Source: a virus
Taxonomy: Duplodnaviria > Caudoviricetes
Virus record (IMG/VR): IMGVR_UViG_3300033149_003997
Coordinates: 1-50,664 of that record
Reading direction: 5' to 3' (one strand)
DNA length: 50,664 bases
The notes under the pieces are model-generated. The model ran no database searches and was not told where the DNA came from. It saw only the letters and a list, made by a program, of their open reading frames with translations. This document shows positions 35,478 through 44,906 of the stretch, in pieces. The translations under genes were made by a program, and so were the position numbers. How positions within the stretch are numbered: position 1 is the stretch's first letter; each line of letters opens with the position of its first letter.

Positions 35478-36022
35478 TACAAGATACCTCCTAGTAGGAA
35501 TTGCTCTACGTCATACCTGAAACGATCCATGTCTACGTTTGCGCCTGGACATGAGGTTGACCACCCCGGCAGCTCCCCATGGCCCCGAATCTTCGCCTCC
35601 GGCCGGAGCGTTTTCCAATAAGCAAACAAGTGAATAGCAGCACGATACTGGCCCGACGGGATGGTTTTGGCTAGCGAGTAGTTCCCCGCCAGAGCACAAG
35701 CCCAGGAACGGCAGTTGTACTTAGGTCCGTTTTTGATGTCTGCGTGTGCGCCCATTCGATTTAGGGGCCGCCCTTGTTCTATCAGCCCGGTTTTTTGAAT
35801 CCACGCATGATAGCCGATCCCCGCCCAGCCTTTTTGTCTGTGCCAAGCGTGGATGCTTAAGGCGGCTTTATTGACATCTCTTGGAGAACCGTCGTGGTGC
35901 AACACAAGGTACTCCACTTGCTTTATCGGTAGGTTGTGACGCTCTTGTGTGACTCCCCAGCCGTACTTTTCATACGGAGGCCGTGTGATAGGTGGTGCGA
36001 CTATTGCAGGAGGCTCTACCAA
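35477..36022 (-). CDS. Endolysin, N-acetylmuramoyl-L-alanine amidase (Amidase_2); true start probably further upstream
   Basis: LVLHH, GWAGIGYH, GAH, GHGE and SCPG motifs. Confidence 0.9.
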   Translation of the reverse strand: MVEPPAIVAPPITRPPYEKYGWGVTQERHNLPIKQVEYLVLHHDGSPRDVNKAALSIHAWHRQKGWAGIGYHAWIQKTGLIEQGRPLNRMGAHADIKNGPKYNCRSWACALAGNYSLAKTIPSGQYRAAIHLFAYWKTLRPEAKIRGHGELPGWSTSCPGANVDMDRFRYDVEQFLLGGIL

Positions 36023-36089
36023 AACAGAAAGGGCGCGGTTCGTCGCGTCCCTAATGATGAGTAGTTCGTTTTTTATTCGGTCCGTATTA

Positions 36090-36281
36090 TCAATCCCCCT
36101 CCATGCCGAAATCGCGCTTCAACTTCTCAATATCCTCGCCGCCAGAACGCGCTACGACGAGTGTGAGAAGTTGAACTGAGCGCGTCAACTGACGCAGGAT
36201 ATTCTCCTGCCGCACCAGAAGGTAAATAGCCACGGCAATAGGGAAGCCTACAGTGCTGATCAACTGTGTCCAAGCGTCCAA
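36090..36281 (-). CDS. YvrJ-family small membrane protein (holin-like)
   Basis: ISTVGFPIAVAIYLLVR signature; precedes the endolysin. Confidence 0.8.
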   Translation of the reverse strand: MDAWTQLISTVGFPIAVAIYLLVRQENILRQLTRSVQLLTLVVARSGGEDIEKLKRDFGMEGD

Positions 36282-36296
36282 CCGTGCACCCGCTTT

Positions 36297-39200
36297 CTAC
36301 TTAACAGATTCCTCGCCCAACGCCTTGCGCGCCAAATTAACCATTCTCAGCTGCAGTCTGTCGAGCTCCTTCTTCTTGGCCTGCGGCGACATCCTCTGCG
36401 ACGACAGAACCTCCTCTACTCGCTTTCTCAGATCAGATAGGTCGCGTGAAATACGCTTCATGCGGTCCAGTTTGGGCTTTTCGCGGAACCGCTGGTTTCG
36501 CTCTTTTGCGCCCCTTGCTTCCGTTTCCAATCGGCTTAGTTCACGATAGAAACGGTCGATGCTTTCGGCTTGCTGGTATTTCTGATGAAGTAACGTCTGC
36601 ACACCTGGTATACGCTCGCCCATGCCCTCGTCAGGCTTAGGTGGAGCCCCCAGCAGCGGGTCGACCGCCCTGGCTACTGTCATCGGCAACGTGCCAGCGT
36701 AGCCACGAGCAAGGTGCTCCACCTTGCGGGGGGACACGTTCAGCATTTCGCCAACAGTCCTAGCCGCTTGGGTTGTGTAAGGCCCATACTGCATTTCAGG
36801 CGGCAGCTTCTCCTCAGACCGTGGAACAATGGGCCGCTGGTGGAACATGGAGTAATTTGCCGCTACCTCAAACAGCGGGTAAATGGCGTTTATCCTTAGT
36901 GGTGACAGGCTCTCCAATTGACTACCGAAGGCCTCGCCCAGCTGGTCCAAGGCGGTTTTGTCTTGATCTACTATCCATTCCAGGGCGCGTTCCGGTAGCG
37001 TACCGAAAACCAACCCGAGTTCAAAGGGCTTGGGTATCTTTACGAATCCGCCGCTGGGCAATGGAATATGCCAAAACAGGTCGCGCTGCCAGCGAGGAAT
37101 CTCTTTGTAAGCTGGGTTCTTGTGGTTCAAAGCAAACAGCGCGATGGTAGGTAGTGTAATGGCCTTGATGGCGCGGGAAGTGAATTGTTTGGGATTTTGG
37201 GTAAAGGATCGGGCTATCTTATCTAGACCCTGAACTCCAGCATTCCAGAAGGCGTTGACCAGATTGATGTCTTTGCCCCATACACCCTTGCGGGCAAAGT
37301 CCAGCGTAACCTCGCGCGAGGCCAAAGCAGCTTCCATCAACCCCTCTTTGCCGCCGCCCGTAGCCGTCACTCCGCGAGCAAACTCCCCTAGCCGGGTAGC
37401 CTCTTCGGTTAGCTCCGATAGTGCCCGCAGGCTCTCTAGTGGATTAAACCGACGTAGCGCCCCTATAAGCGATCTGTCATCTGCCAGTAGATCCCTCAGG
37501 TTGTTCTGTAAATAGCTGCGGTCCATGGAGACAAAGCTGGAGGCCGCGCCGCCACTGGCCTGCCATTGCTGGTACATCTTGTCCCGGCGCAAAACGCTGA
37601 ATAGCCCGCGCACAAAATCTGTGCCGGGTCTATAGCCGTAACGCGACTGAATATACGCCATTGGTTGATCGCGCAAGGGGTTGCGTGCTACAAAGCCAGG
37701 GTCTAAGATCGCGCCGGCGCGGAGGGTTTTGCTGGGTATACTAAGCATTCTCAAATACCAGGACGCACTATCTCGGTCCAGCCACCGCAGAGATTGGTAT
37801 AGCTCAGGGTCCACCTGGAAGAACTCCGGCTTACCACCTCGCCAGACCGTAAGGATGTTTTCCTTGGCCGATGGCCCGGCGGGTCGGAATAATGTGGCCG
37901 CCTTCTCCAGGTCCACAATGCTTTCAATCGGTTGATCCGACAACAACGAATCCTTGAGGGCCTTCTTTATCTCCGAGAGCTGGAATTTTTGCGCCCAGAC
38001 TGGGGTGGGCACTTTTTCAACCCACTTGCCCGCACCTTCAAACTGTTCCGCTAGGTCGACCAGGGCACGGCCAACGGCATTCCGCTCACCTATATTGGCT
38101 AGGGTGTAGGTATTCTTGATGATACTTTCAAGTGGGTCTATGATTTCGCGGCTTGAACCCTTGATCCGCCGGATAGGGGAGGGCAGGTTGACAAATCCAC
38201 GGCTACCGAATCCTATGGTAGCGTTGGGGTTCTCAGTGAATACTCGGTACATGGGAACATAGTTTTGGTTCAGCTCGCGCAAGGCCCGCAGCGAAGATTC
38301 GGATACTAATCCGGTTTCTCGGGCAAATAGTTCCAGGACCTGATCTTGGAACTTTACCAGCTGATCCGCTGCCGTCTTAAACTTATCGCTACCGAGTGTC
38401 TTCAGGGTCTCCGCAACGTCATCAGCGGCGAACCCGGTCTCGATGCCACGTTTCTGCAATTCGGCGGCACGACGGGCTACGATATAAGCTCTGAAATCAT
38501 CGAGGTTATCCGCTACAGGCTTCAGCACCTGCTTAAGGCTGGGGCCAATCACCTTGCCTTCGGCATTCATTACGCTTCGTTCTATGGCCTGGCGCGCCTT
38601 ACCCGTCCAACCCCTGCTCAGCCAGGCAACTCTATAGGGGTCCTGAGAAATAGATAGTTCCGCACCGCCAGTAATATCTTGAACAGCTCGCTGAAGCGGC
38701 CTCAGCTCGTCTACAAAGCCCTTATACGCCTCTTCAAATACCCTGGCCTTAGGCTTAGTCCCTTCGGTCGATATACGGGCAAGGACGCGCTCCTTGGCGG
38801 GTAGCATTCGGTAGCTAGTTATCATCTCCTTGGCCTGGCTAAGAGCTGATTTCAACTCCGGCATTTGGTTTAAGACCTGCTCAAATTGAGCCGTAAAACC
38901 AGGGGCCGTTCTGGCCGCCTCGTCTACGTTAGTGAGGTAAAGCCTCATCCATTCGGCGATGCCCTCGCGACGTATCTGATCCGCAGTATAATTGGCCGCA
39001 GAGGTGGCCTTCCCTAGAGCCATTAATTCGGCGTCAAATCGAGGATGAGCCAAGCCAAGTTTCTTATCTAAGAAGTGTCCTACTTCATGGCTGATGGTCT
39101 CTATATCAAGAGCTTTGCGGCTACGGATAACTTCGGGCTTCACCTTAAAGATGCCCAGGACTTTCTTGCCCTTGCCCGTTCGCCCGGTACGGATAGGTAC

Positions 39201-40139
39201 TCCCAGTCGCTCTTCTAACCCTTTGATGATTTCGCTGACTTTGACAGGTTGGGCCTCGCCCTTGGCGGCCAATCGGCTTAGGATGGCTTGGTCTCCATCG
39301 GCTGCAGACCGCAATCTCCCCTGCCAGGCAACTCCTGTGGGCTTTGCTTGCTTAAGAACCCGTGGCGCCGCTTTTGCGGCGGGAGCACCGCGCTTTGTTA
39401 TTTTTTGCAGAGCCGCCTTAGCCCCTAGCCCCAGAGCCCCTAGAGCCGCCGTTGCTGCAGCCTCAGTCCCTCCGTATAACGCAGCTCCCTTTAGGGCAGA
39501 TGTAGCCACTTCGCCGACTGGCCTTCCCTCTGCTATGGCCTTACCGCCCTCAAGGAATATCCCTTGCCCAGCCCCATGTACAAGGCCAGTAGCGGCCATA
39601 CGGCCTAATGGCGACGCAATTCTGCCTATGAGCGGTTTTGCCGCTCCGACCAAAGGCTGTCCGGCCAATACGCTACTGGCACCAAACGGAAGGAGGGAAC
39701 CCGCAAAATACCCAGCACCGTGCGCCACCTTCTCGCCCGTGGTCTGTGGCTCGGCAAGTGGGACGCCCGGCATGGCTTGGGTAGGCTGGGCTAATCCAAA
39801 CGTAAGCCCCTTGCCCAAACCCGCCCCTAGTTGCGAGCTGATTCTAAACCCAGTACTAGGCTCCCAATCCGGCCGATTTACTGCCCGAAGCGACGGCGCA
39901 TACTGGGCAGGCACCTTTTCGGCCTGTCGCCGGTGCCACGCCCTCAGCCGATCCAGCACGGAGGGTGCCCTTTCATCTTTCCCCTTTTGCTGCCCTAGCC
40001 CGGCAACTCCCGGCAAGGGGGTGCTGTAAAGGTCAAAAAGAGAAGGCTGCCCACGAGGAGGGGCCTGCTTTTTCTTCATAACGCTGGGGGCGTTTACTCC
40101 CGGGAGGGGATTACTGTATAGATCAAAGAGCGAATCCAT
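36297..40139 (-). CDS. Large internal/ejection protein with HExxH zincin-like and C-terminal LPD38-type domains
   Basis: 1280 aa; SHEVGHFLD; RNPLRDQ; EEATRLGEF; TLDFARKG; FWNAGVQGLDK; IPKPFELG. Confidence 0.8.
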   Translation of the reverse strand: MDSLFDLYSNPLPGVNAPSVMKKKQAPPRGQPSLFDLYSTPLPGVAGLGQQKGKDERAPSVLDRLRAWHRRQAEKVPAQYAPSLRAVNRPDWEPSTGFRISSQLGAGLGKGLTFGLAQPTQAMPGVPLAEPQTTGEKVAHGAGYFAGSLLPFGASSVLAGQPLVGAAKPLIGRIASPLGRMAATGLVHGAGQGIFLEGGKAIAEGRPVGEVATSALKGAALYGGTEAAATAALGALGLGAKAALQKITKRGAPAAKAAPRVLKQAKPTGVAWQGRLRSAADGDQAILSRLAAKGEAQPVKVSEIIKGLEERLGVPIRTGRTGKGKKVLGIFKVKPEVIRSRKALDIETISHEVGHFLDKKLGLAHPRFDAELMALGKATSAANYTADQIRREGIAEWMRLYLTNVDEAARTAPGFTAQFEQVLNQMPELKSALSQAKEMITSYRMLPAKERVLARISTEGTKPKARVFEEAYKGFVDELRPLQRAVQDITGGAELSISQDPYRVAWLSRGWTGKARQAIERSVMNAEGKVIGPSLKQVLKPVADNLDDFRAYIVARRAAELQKRGIETGFAADDVAETLKTLGSDKFKTAADQLVKFQDQVLELFARETGLVSESSLRALRELNQNYVPMYRVFTENPNATIGFGSRGFVNLPSPIRRIKGSSREIIDPLESIIKNTYTLANIGERNAVGRALVDLAEQFEGAGKWVEKVPTPVWAQKFQLSEIKKALKDSLLSDQPIESIVDLEKAATLFRPAGPSAKENILTVWRGGKPEFFQVDPELYQSLRWLDRDSASWYLRMLSIPSKTLRAGAILDPGFVARNPLRDQPMAYIQSRYGYRPGTDFVRGLFSVLRRDKMYQQWQASGGAASSFVSMDRSYLQNNLRDLLADDRSLIGALRRFNPLESLRALSELTEEATRLGEFARGVTATGGGKEGLMEAALASREVTLDFARKGVWGKDINLVNAFWNAGVQGLDKIARSFTQNPKQFTSRAIKAITLPTIALFALNHKNPAYKEIPRWQRDLFWHIPLPSGGFVKIPKPFELGLVFGTLPERALEWIVDQDKTALDQLGEAFGSQLESLSPLRINAIYPLFEVAANYSMFHQRPIVPRSEEKLPPEMQYGPYTTQAARTVGEMLNVSPRKVEHLARGYAGTLPMTVARAVDPLLGAPPKPDEGMGERIPGVQTLLHQKYQQAESIDRFYRELSRLETEARGAKERNQRFREKPKLDRMKRISRDLSDLRKRVEEVLSSQRMSPQAKKKELDRLQLRMVNLARKALGEESVK

Positions 40140-40148
40140 ATATTCACC

Positions 40149-41279
40149 CTACTCCTGATTTACCGAACCCTTGTCTATGCCGCCCTCCGTGGGTTCCTCG
40201 GGCCAGTATTCGAAGGGGAACTTGGCGTTTATTTCCTTCATAAGCGCACTATAGACTTGGTGGGAGATGAGCCCGTTTTTGAGGGCGGCTATTGTTTGAG
40301 AGCGAAGATAGCGTCCCAACTCTTCTTGCTCAACCCCTTGCTGGCGAGCCGTTTCAATAGTGGACTCCAATCCCGCCAGAGCTAGTGCTACCTCTTGGTT
40401 GGGGTCAACCTCCTCAGGCAGCATTTCGGCAGGCGGTTGTATGCCTAAAATGCTGTAATCGTCTAGCGTACCCTGCCCGCTGCCGACACGTTGGGCCGCC
40501 TGATCCCGTAACTCCTCCTCGGGTGTACGATAAGCCATTTGTTCCTGCAGCCTCTGCATGGCGGCCTGGTTCTGCATCTGTTGCATGCGAATATCGTGCT
40601 TTCTGGCCTCGTAAGTCTGCTGGGCTTGATAGGAAGGAGTGCCTGCGGGAATGCCTAGGGTAATGGAGGCGATGTTATCAACGTACCCCAGCATTTGGAC
40701 CCGCTGCCAGGCACGGTCAAGTTCACGGTCTTGCTGTGCAGCAGCCTGTTGCTCTTGTTGAAACTGCAGGCCGTAGAAGTTGAACATATTCTCTAAGTCC
40801 TGCTGGCGCGAAGCTTGGGTCTGCTGTATAAGGCCAGGCAAGCCCATAGTCATGTACTGCTGTTGAATTTGCGCTGCCCTGTCGCCCGCTATGGTGGAGT
40901 TTAATATTCCCCTTTGGTTCAGATACTCCATGGCTTTTCTGGTCGCTAGATCGGCCGCCTGTTGCTGGGCCTGCTGATACGCCTTACCATAAGGCGTGCT
41001 GAAGGGATCGGCGGGCTGTTGGTTCATCCTCTGCCACAACTGAGACAACATGCCCTGCGAAGACGTGGGCTGCATAGGGGGAGTGCGCTGACCCATGCGA
41101 TACTGGCGGTTGTAGCCAAGCATTTGCCGGTGCCCCGCACTGCCAGCTTGAGGCAAAAGGGGATATCCGCCTTGCATGGCCTCATTGGCATACATGCGGA
41201 CCGTATTGGGGTCATTGCCCCGAATAGCATCTATAAGCTGTCGTCTTCTCTGTGCGAGGAAGTCTTCAGTAACAGCCAC
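40149..41279 (-). CDS. Putative ejection (DNA transfer) protein, Gln-rich
   Basis: Q/A-rich helical protein; NQRGILNST; upstream of the large ejection protein. Confidence 0.65.
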   Translation of the reverse strand: MAVTEDFLAQRRRQLIDAIRGNDPNTVRMYANEAMQGGYPLLPQAGSAGHRQMLGYNRQYRMGQRTPPMQPTSSQGMLSQLWQRMNQQPADPFSTPYGKAYQQAQQQAADLATRKAMEYLNQRGILNSTIAGDRAAQIQQQYMTMGLPGLIQQTQASRQQDLENMFNFYGLQFQQEQQAAAQQDRELDRAWQRVQMLGYVDNIASITLGIPAGTPSYQAQQTYEARKHDIRMQQMQNQAAMQRLQEQMAYRTPEEELRDQAAQRVGSGQGTLDDYSILGIQPPAEMLPEEVDPNQEVALALAGLESTIETARQQGVEQEELGRYLRSQTIAALKNGLISHQVYSALMKEINAKFPFEYWPEEPTEGGIDKGSVNQE

Positions 41280-41303
41280 TTAACCGACCCTTCCTTTCGC
41301 GGC

Positions 41304-41333
41304 CAAACAAAAAGGCCGCTTGGTTCGCGGCCT
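41304..41333 (-). terminator. Terminator downstream of the stalk-domain gene
   Basis: AAGGCCGC/GCGGCCTT IR followed by TTTGTTT on the minus strand. Confidence 0.7.
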
Positions 41334-41357
41334 TGCGGATTGGGGACTATATGTGTG

Positions 41358-41954
41358 TTACTTAATAAAGCCTATCCAAAGGTAATTTCCAAACGTTTGG
41401 TTATTCCTAATCTCGACGGTAACGGGCAGGGCTTTTGCGGCTAAGTAACATCGTCCCTCGTACACGAACCCACTGACCCCTGGTTCATAACCATCCGCGA
41501 TTGTAATATCTACCGAAGATGTACTTGGTATAGTTATGGTGGCGACAGGCTTCTTCCAGCTGAAATACTTGCCAAACGGGGTCAGTTCCACAAACAGTTC
41601 CCCGTCTTGCTCTATGGTGAATACCTCGTAGTTATTACCGATCCCGTCAATATTGGTTGCGACCATATACTTTATTTCTGAGATAGAATCGGGTGTGGTG
41701 GGCGGGGCGTCTACATGAACCTGCCTCTTGGATTCATCAAACCATACCCTGTACTTGAGCAATTCGCACATAGCCCGGACCGGCGCATAGCTAGTGCCGT
41801 TGACCACAATAACATCCAGGGGAGCGCGTTCGCTTTTAATGAAAAACGGGAATGTTCCCTCAATCTTGCGACCTATTAGATCAGGATTGGCATACACACC
41901 TGCACCCGTCACCAATATCACTCCAATTACAAAACCCGCTATAAAACCACGCAT
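41358..41954 (-). CDS. Secreted protein with a copper-amine-oxidase N-terminal (stalk)-like domain, moron-like
   Basis: Signal peptide MRGFIAGFVIGVILVTGAGVYA; NGTSYAPVRAMCELL...VWFD; GRCYLA. Confidence 0.75.
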   Translation of the reverse strand: MRGFIAGFVIGVILVTGAGVYANPDLIGRKIEGTFPFFIKSERAPLDVIVVNGTSYAPVRAMCELLKYRVWFDESKRQVHVDAPPTTPDSISEIKYMVATNIDGIGNNYEVFTIEQDGELFVELTPFGKYFSWKKPVATITIPSTSSVDITIADGYEPGVSGFVYEGRCYLAAKALPVTVEIRNNQTFGNYLWIGFIK

Positions 41955-41959
41955 GACGA

Positions 41960-42006
41960 CACCTCCTTTCACAACCATCATATGGCAGGAGGTGGAAGAA
42001 GCGCAA
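41960..42006 (-). promoter_or_regulatory. Internal promoter TTGCGC-18-TATGAT with an anti-SD hairpin
   Basis: CACCTCCT (41987-41994), upstream of the -10, is complementary to the SD AGGAGGTG (41960-41967). Confidence 0.6.
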
Positions 42007-42813
42007 CTAGACTAAGCCATAACTCTGCAATGCGTCTATCAACTCATTCAACTTATCTATCGTCCCCGCCAGTGTTGCGGCGGTGGATAGGTTGGAAACC
42101 GCGGTTTTGCTTCTTGAGGTGGAGCCAAAAAAGCCGATGTCACCGCTGAACTCCCATATACCTACACCATAGACAGCCGGGGCTCCTGTCTTGGTGCTGC
42201 CTATAATCAGCCCCGTTGCATCGGTGGTGGGGCGAATGGCGTAGGCAATGAGCAGATCGGCAAATTCCATCGTTTTTGTGTTGTTGTGCCAAAAGCCCAC
42301 ATCGGCAATGTTGGTAGTAAGCAGGGGATTAATGTCAAAGCATAGGCCGATCTTGTCTCCACCTGCAGTATAACCAGCCAGGGTTCCGCTGCTGAGCGCG
42401 ATCCGGACAGAACCACTTGTCGCGGTCTGAATGGTTCCTCCGGTGACTACACTACCCGTAATCTCACCTGTAAAAGTAGCGTCTCCCGTGGAGTTGATGC
42501 CTACGGTCTGCGCTCCATCCTCGTTATAGAGCGAAAAGACAAAGTCCCCGGTGCTCGACGCATATCCGGCCAGTAAACGGATGGTGGTTGATCCGGCTGC
42601 TTTCATAACCAGCAGCGGCCCGTCTATTTCCGTCTCTCCGCCCTCACTCTTTATCTGGCAGTAGTTGGTGTAAAGCCGCCTCACGTTGTCGTCATCTAGG
42701 TGGTTTAGAGCGTAGTTCAGAGTTTTAGTCAGTTTAGCGAGGTGATCCACTACGTCTTTTTGATCTGCATCTGGGCCTATCTGAAAGCTGCCGTCAAACT
42801 TCAGCGTGGGCAT
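42007..42813 (-). CDS. Tail needle/fibre-like virion protein, Ser/Thr/Gly-rich
   Basis: Follows the nozzle gene; beta-rich; C-terminal KLNELIDALQSYGL coiled coil. Confidence 0.6.
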   Translation of the reverse strand: MPTLKFDGSFQIGPDADQKDVVDHLAKLTKTLNYALNHLDDDNVRRLYTNYCQIKSEGGETEIDGPLLVMKAAGSTTIRLLAGYASSTGDFVFSLYNEDGAQTVGINSTGDATFTGEITGSVVTGGTIQTATSGSVRIALSSGTLAGYTAGGDKIGLCFDINPLLTTNIADVGFWHNNTKTMEFADLLIAYAIRPTTDATGLIIGSTKTGAPAVYGVGIWEFSGDIGFFGSTSRSKTAVSNLSTAATLAGTIDKLNELIDALQSYGLV

Positions 42814-42817
42814 AGTC

Positions 42818-44242
42818 TCACCTCGGCTTTACCCGGAAGTTCTTTTGGAGGTAGTGCACCTTGGTCTGACCCGTTCCAGCTAGTCTCAACCTGTACCAGT
42901 TCACATCCTGCAGATCGCTGCTGGGGATTAAGTGACGCACATTCTGTATATTGCTGGACGCGCCTACAGTGCTGGTTATGGTAGTGAATGAAGTGCTGTC
43001 GTTATTGTGAACGTTGGTGCTAAAGCCAATGGAAAAACTGGTACTACCAGTGGAGCGGTCGACCACCAACCACATTTCAGACAACGTCTTTTTCCCCTCT
43101 ACCGCATTTTCGTGGAAAGGCTTACTTATCCAACTCCAGCTAATGGGTGTGGTACTGTCGGCGGTTGCGTCCTCATCGCGCATGTTCCAGTACGCTCCAT
43201 CTTTATCCACCCCGTAAAGGACATTGCCGATCCGCACAAAGTCGACAAAGTTTCCCGTTTCAATGTACCACTTGCCAAGCCGAGTATCGTATTTGAGGAT
43301 CAGGTTGTTGGCCGTGGCCGCAGAGCCGTAGGGTATAGCAACGTAAATGTACTCTTCAACCGAACCCGACGCGATCTTGGCCCGATAGGTGAAGTTGATA
43401 TCATCCCAGTAGGCGTTCACTGCATCGGACACTTTGCGCGGGAGGCCGCCTGCGTACTGATAGAATCCATCATAAGCGGCCCAATAGAGTTTGCCCTGAC
43501 AGGCCACTACAGAACGGTCGCTGATGCAGCCCACCGCGCCGCCCACGTCTATTAACTCGTAGTTATCCGGCCCGGTACCGTAGAGTTCGTGCATGGAGTG
43601 CTCAGTGAAGCAAATAACGTGATCCCCATAAGTGACTATGGCGGTGCCGTTTCCGGCGGCGTTAGTGATGCGGATGCTACCGGAATCGTCGGCGGTAGTC
43701 CAATCGTTGGGTAGATCCAGGGCCGAAAAGCCTATAGACAGCCCATTGTCGTTATCTATGGCGTAAACCCGTTGCTTGTGAACGCAGAAGTACTTAGTGT
43801 CGGGTGTGTTGGTATCGCCAAAATTGAGTGCAGTGGAGGTCCCGTCCCATATTTTCTTTTGCGAGCTGTTCATCAAAATGGTGTAGCGGTTTGTGCCGTC
43901 TGCGTATTCTTCAATACGGCCTTCCGTGCTGGAGAGGCCCGTGGTGATATTGACCCAGGCCGTAGTGGCTGAGTTCCAGTATCGCCAAGTGTTGTTGTCT
44001 ATAGCGTGAAGGTAGGAGTCTTCGCGCTTTCCCAACCCAAAGGGCGACGTGGTTCCCGCAGTGCCGTAGGTACTCCGCCCCGGGCGCACGCTCAGGGCAG
44101 GGTAGTCTCGGCTGTCAAGCTCTCGATGGTAAGTGTTCTCACCGTCTTCAATGTCAAATGGGGGGACGGCTGTATTGATACCGTCCCCCAAGGTCTGCAT
44201 AACTCGTTTGGTTTGATATCGCAATGGTCGCCAGTAGGCCAA
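42818..44242 (-). CDS. Tail nozzle/stabilisation protein (P22 gp10-like beta-propeller)
   Basis: Podovirus position; GFSALDLPNDW, VGCISDRSV and WSWISK patterns. Confidence 0.7.
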   Translation of the reverse strand: MAYWRPLRYQTKRVMQTLGDGINTAVPPFDIEDGENTYHRELDSRDYPALSVRPGRSTYGTAGTTSPFGLGKREDSYLHAIDNNTWRYWNSATTAWVNITTGLSSTEGRIEEYADGTNRYTILMNSSQKKIWDGTSTALNFGDTNTPDTKYFCVHKQRVYAIDNDNGLSIGFSALDLPNDWTTADDSGSIRITNAAGNGTAIVTYGDHVICFTEHSMHELYGTGPDNYELIDVGGAVGCISDRSVVACQGKLYWAAYDGFYQYAGGLPRKVSDAVNAYWDDINFTYRAKIASGSVEEYIYVAIPYGSAATANNLILKYDTRLGKWYIETGNFVDFVRIGNVLYGVDKDGAYWNMRDEDATADSTTPISWSWISKPFHENAVEGKKTLSEMWLVVDRSTGSTSFSIGFSTNVHNNDSTSFTTITSTVGASSNIQNVRHLIPSSDLQDVNWYRLRLAGTGQTKVHYLQKNFRVKPR

Positions 44243-44243
44243 G

Positions 44244-44894
44244 CTAACCCTCCCACCAGCCCTGTCTATAATCCCAAGTCTCCTTGGGCTTAGCCGCTTT
44301 GCGCTTGTAATAGTCCATCTTTATCTTCTTCAAAATGGCTTGCTCGTCAGATTCATAGTTGTTTGAAAGCTCAATGTCCGGGTTGTTGCCAGATCGGGTG
44401 ATATTCTTGAGAGCCCGAAACTTTAAGATGTCCTGATACTCTGCGTTTATGGTGGGCACCGTGGTCAGGGTATTAGTCGAAAGGGCAACGGGCTCCGGCT
44501 CATAATATAGCTTGACGTTATAGCCATCTCCTGTGGCCGTAGAGGGGACGGGGTAAATACCTATGGACCCTAGGGCATCATAGTAATGATTGCCCGTCAG
44601 TTCGTCGTCTAGGCCCGCATAGTCGTAAGTGGTGTAGCTTTCAGTGCCGTCTATAGTGGTAGAGCCAGACACCTGAAGCGACACGATCTTATCAAAGGCG
44701 CAGTCGGAAGGAAGGCTGTATATGGCCTGCCCCGCTATGGTGTCGAACTCATAGCATTCCGTGGTAGCCATGTACCGCCAGATTTCATTCTGGCAATCAT
44801 CCATCCACGATATGACCCTACCATCGGTGAAGCTGGCGGTAGAGTAAGAGAGGCGGGCTTTTATATCGTCTAAGAGTTGCTGAACTGTAGGCAC
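44244..44894 (-). CDS. Head-tail adaptor (tail tubular protein A-like)
   Basis: MPTVQQLLDDIK...GQAIYSLPSD...IGIYPVP adaptor pattern. Confidence 0.7.
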   Translation of the reverse strand: MPTVQQLLDDIKARLSYSTASFTDGRVISWMDDCQNEIWRYMATTECYEFDTIAGQAIYSLPSDCAFDKIVSLQVSGSTTIDGTESYTTYDYAGLDDELTGNHYYDALGSIGIYPVPSTATGDGYNVKLYYEPEPVALSTNTLTTVPTINAEYQDILKFRALKNITRSGNNPDIELSNNYESDEQAILKKIKMDYYKRKAAKPKETWDYRQGWWEG

Positions 44895-44906
44895 AAGATC
44901 TTCCCC

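Noticed and set aside
39094-40029. 311-aa plus-strand ORF and many other long overlapping ORFs (e.g. 558-1121, 13499-14203, 20098-20748)
   Set aside because: Antisense or out-of-frame shadows of well-supported genes in GC-rich DNA; no RBS or motifs
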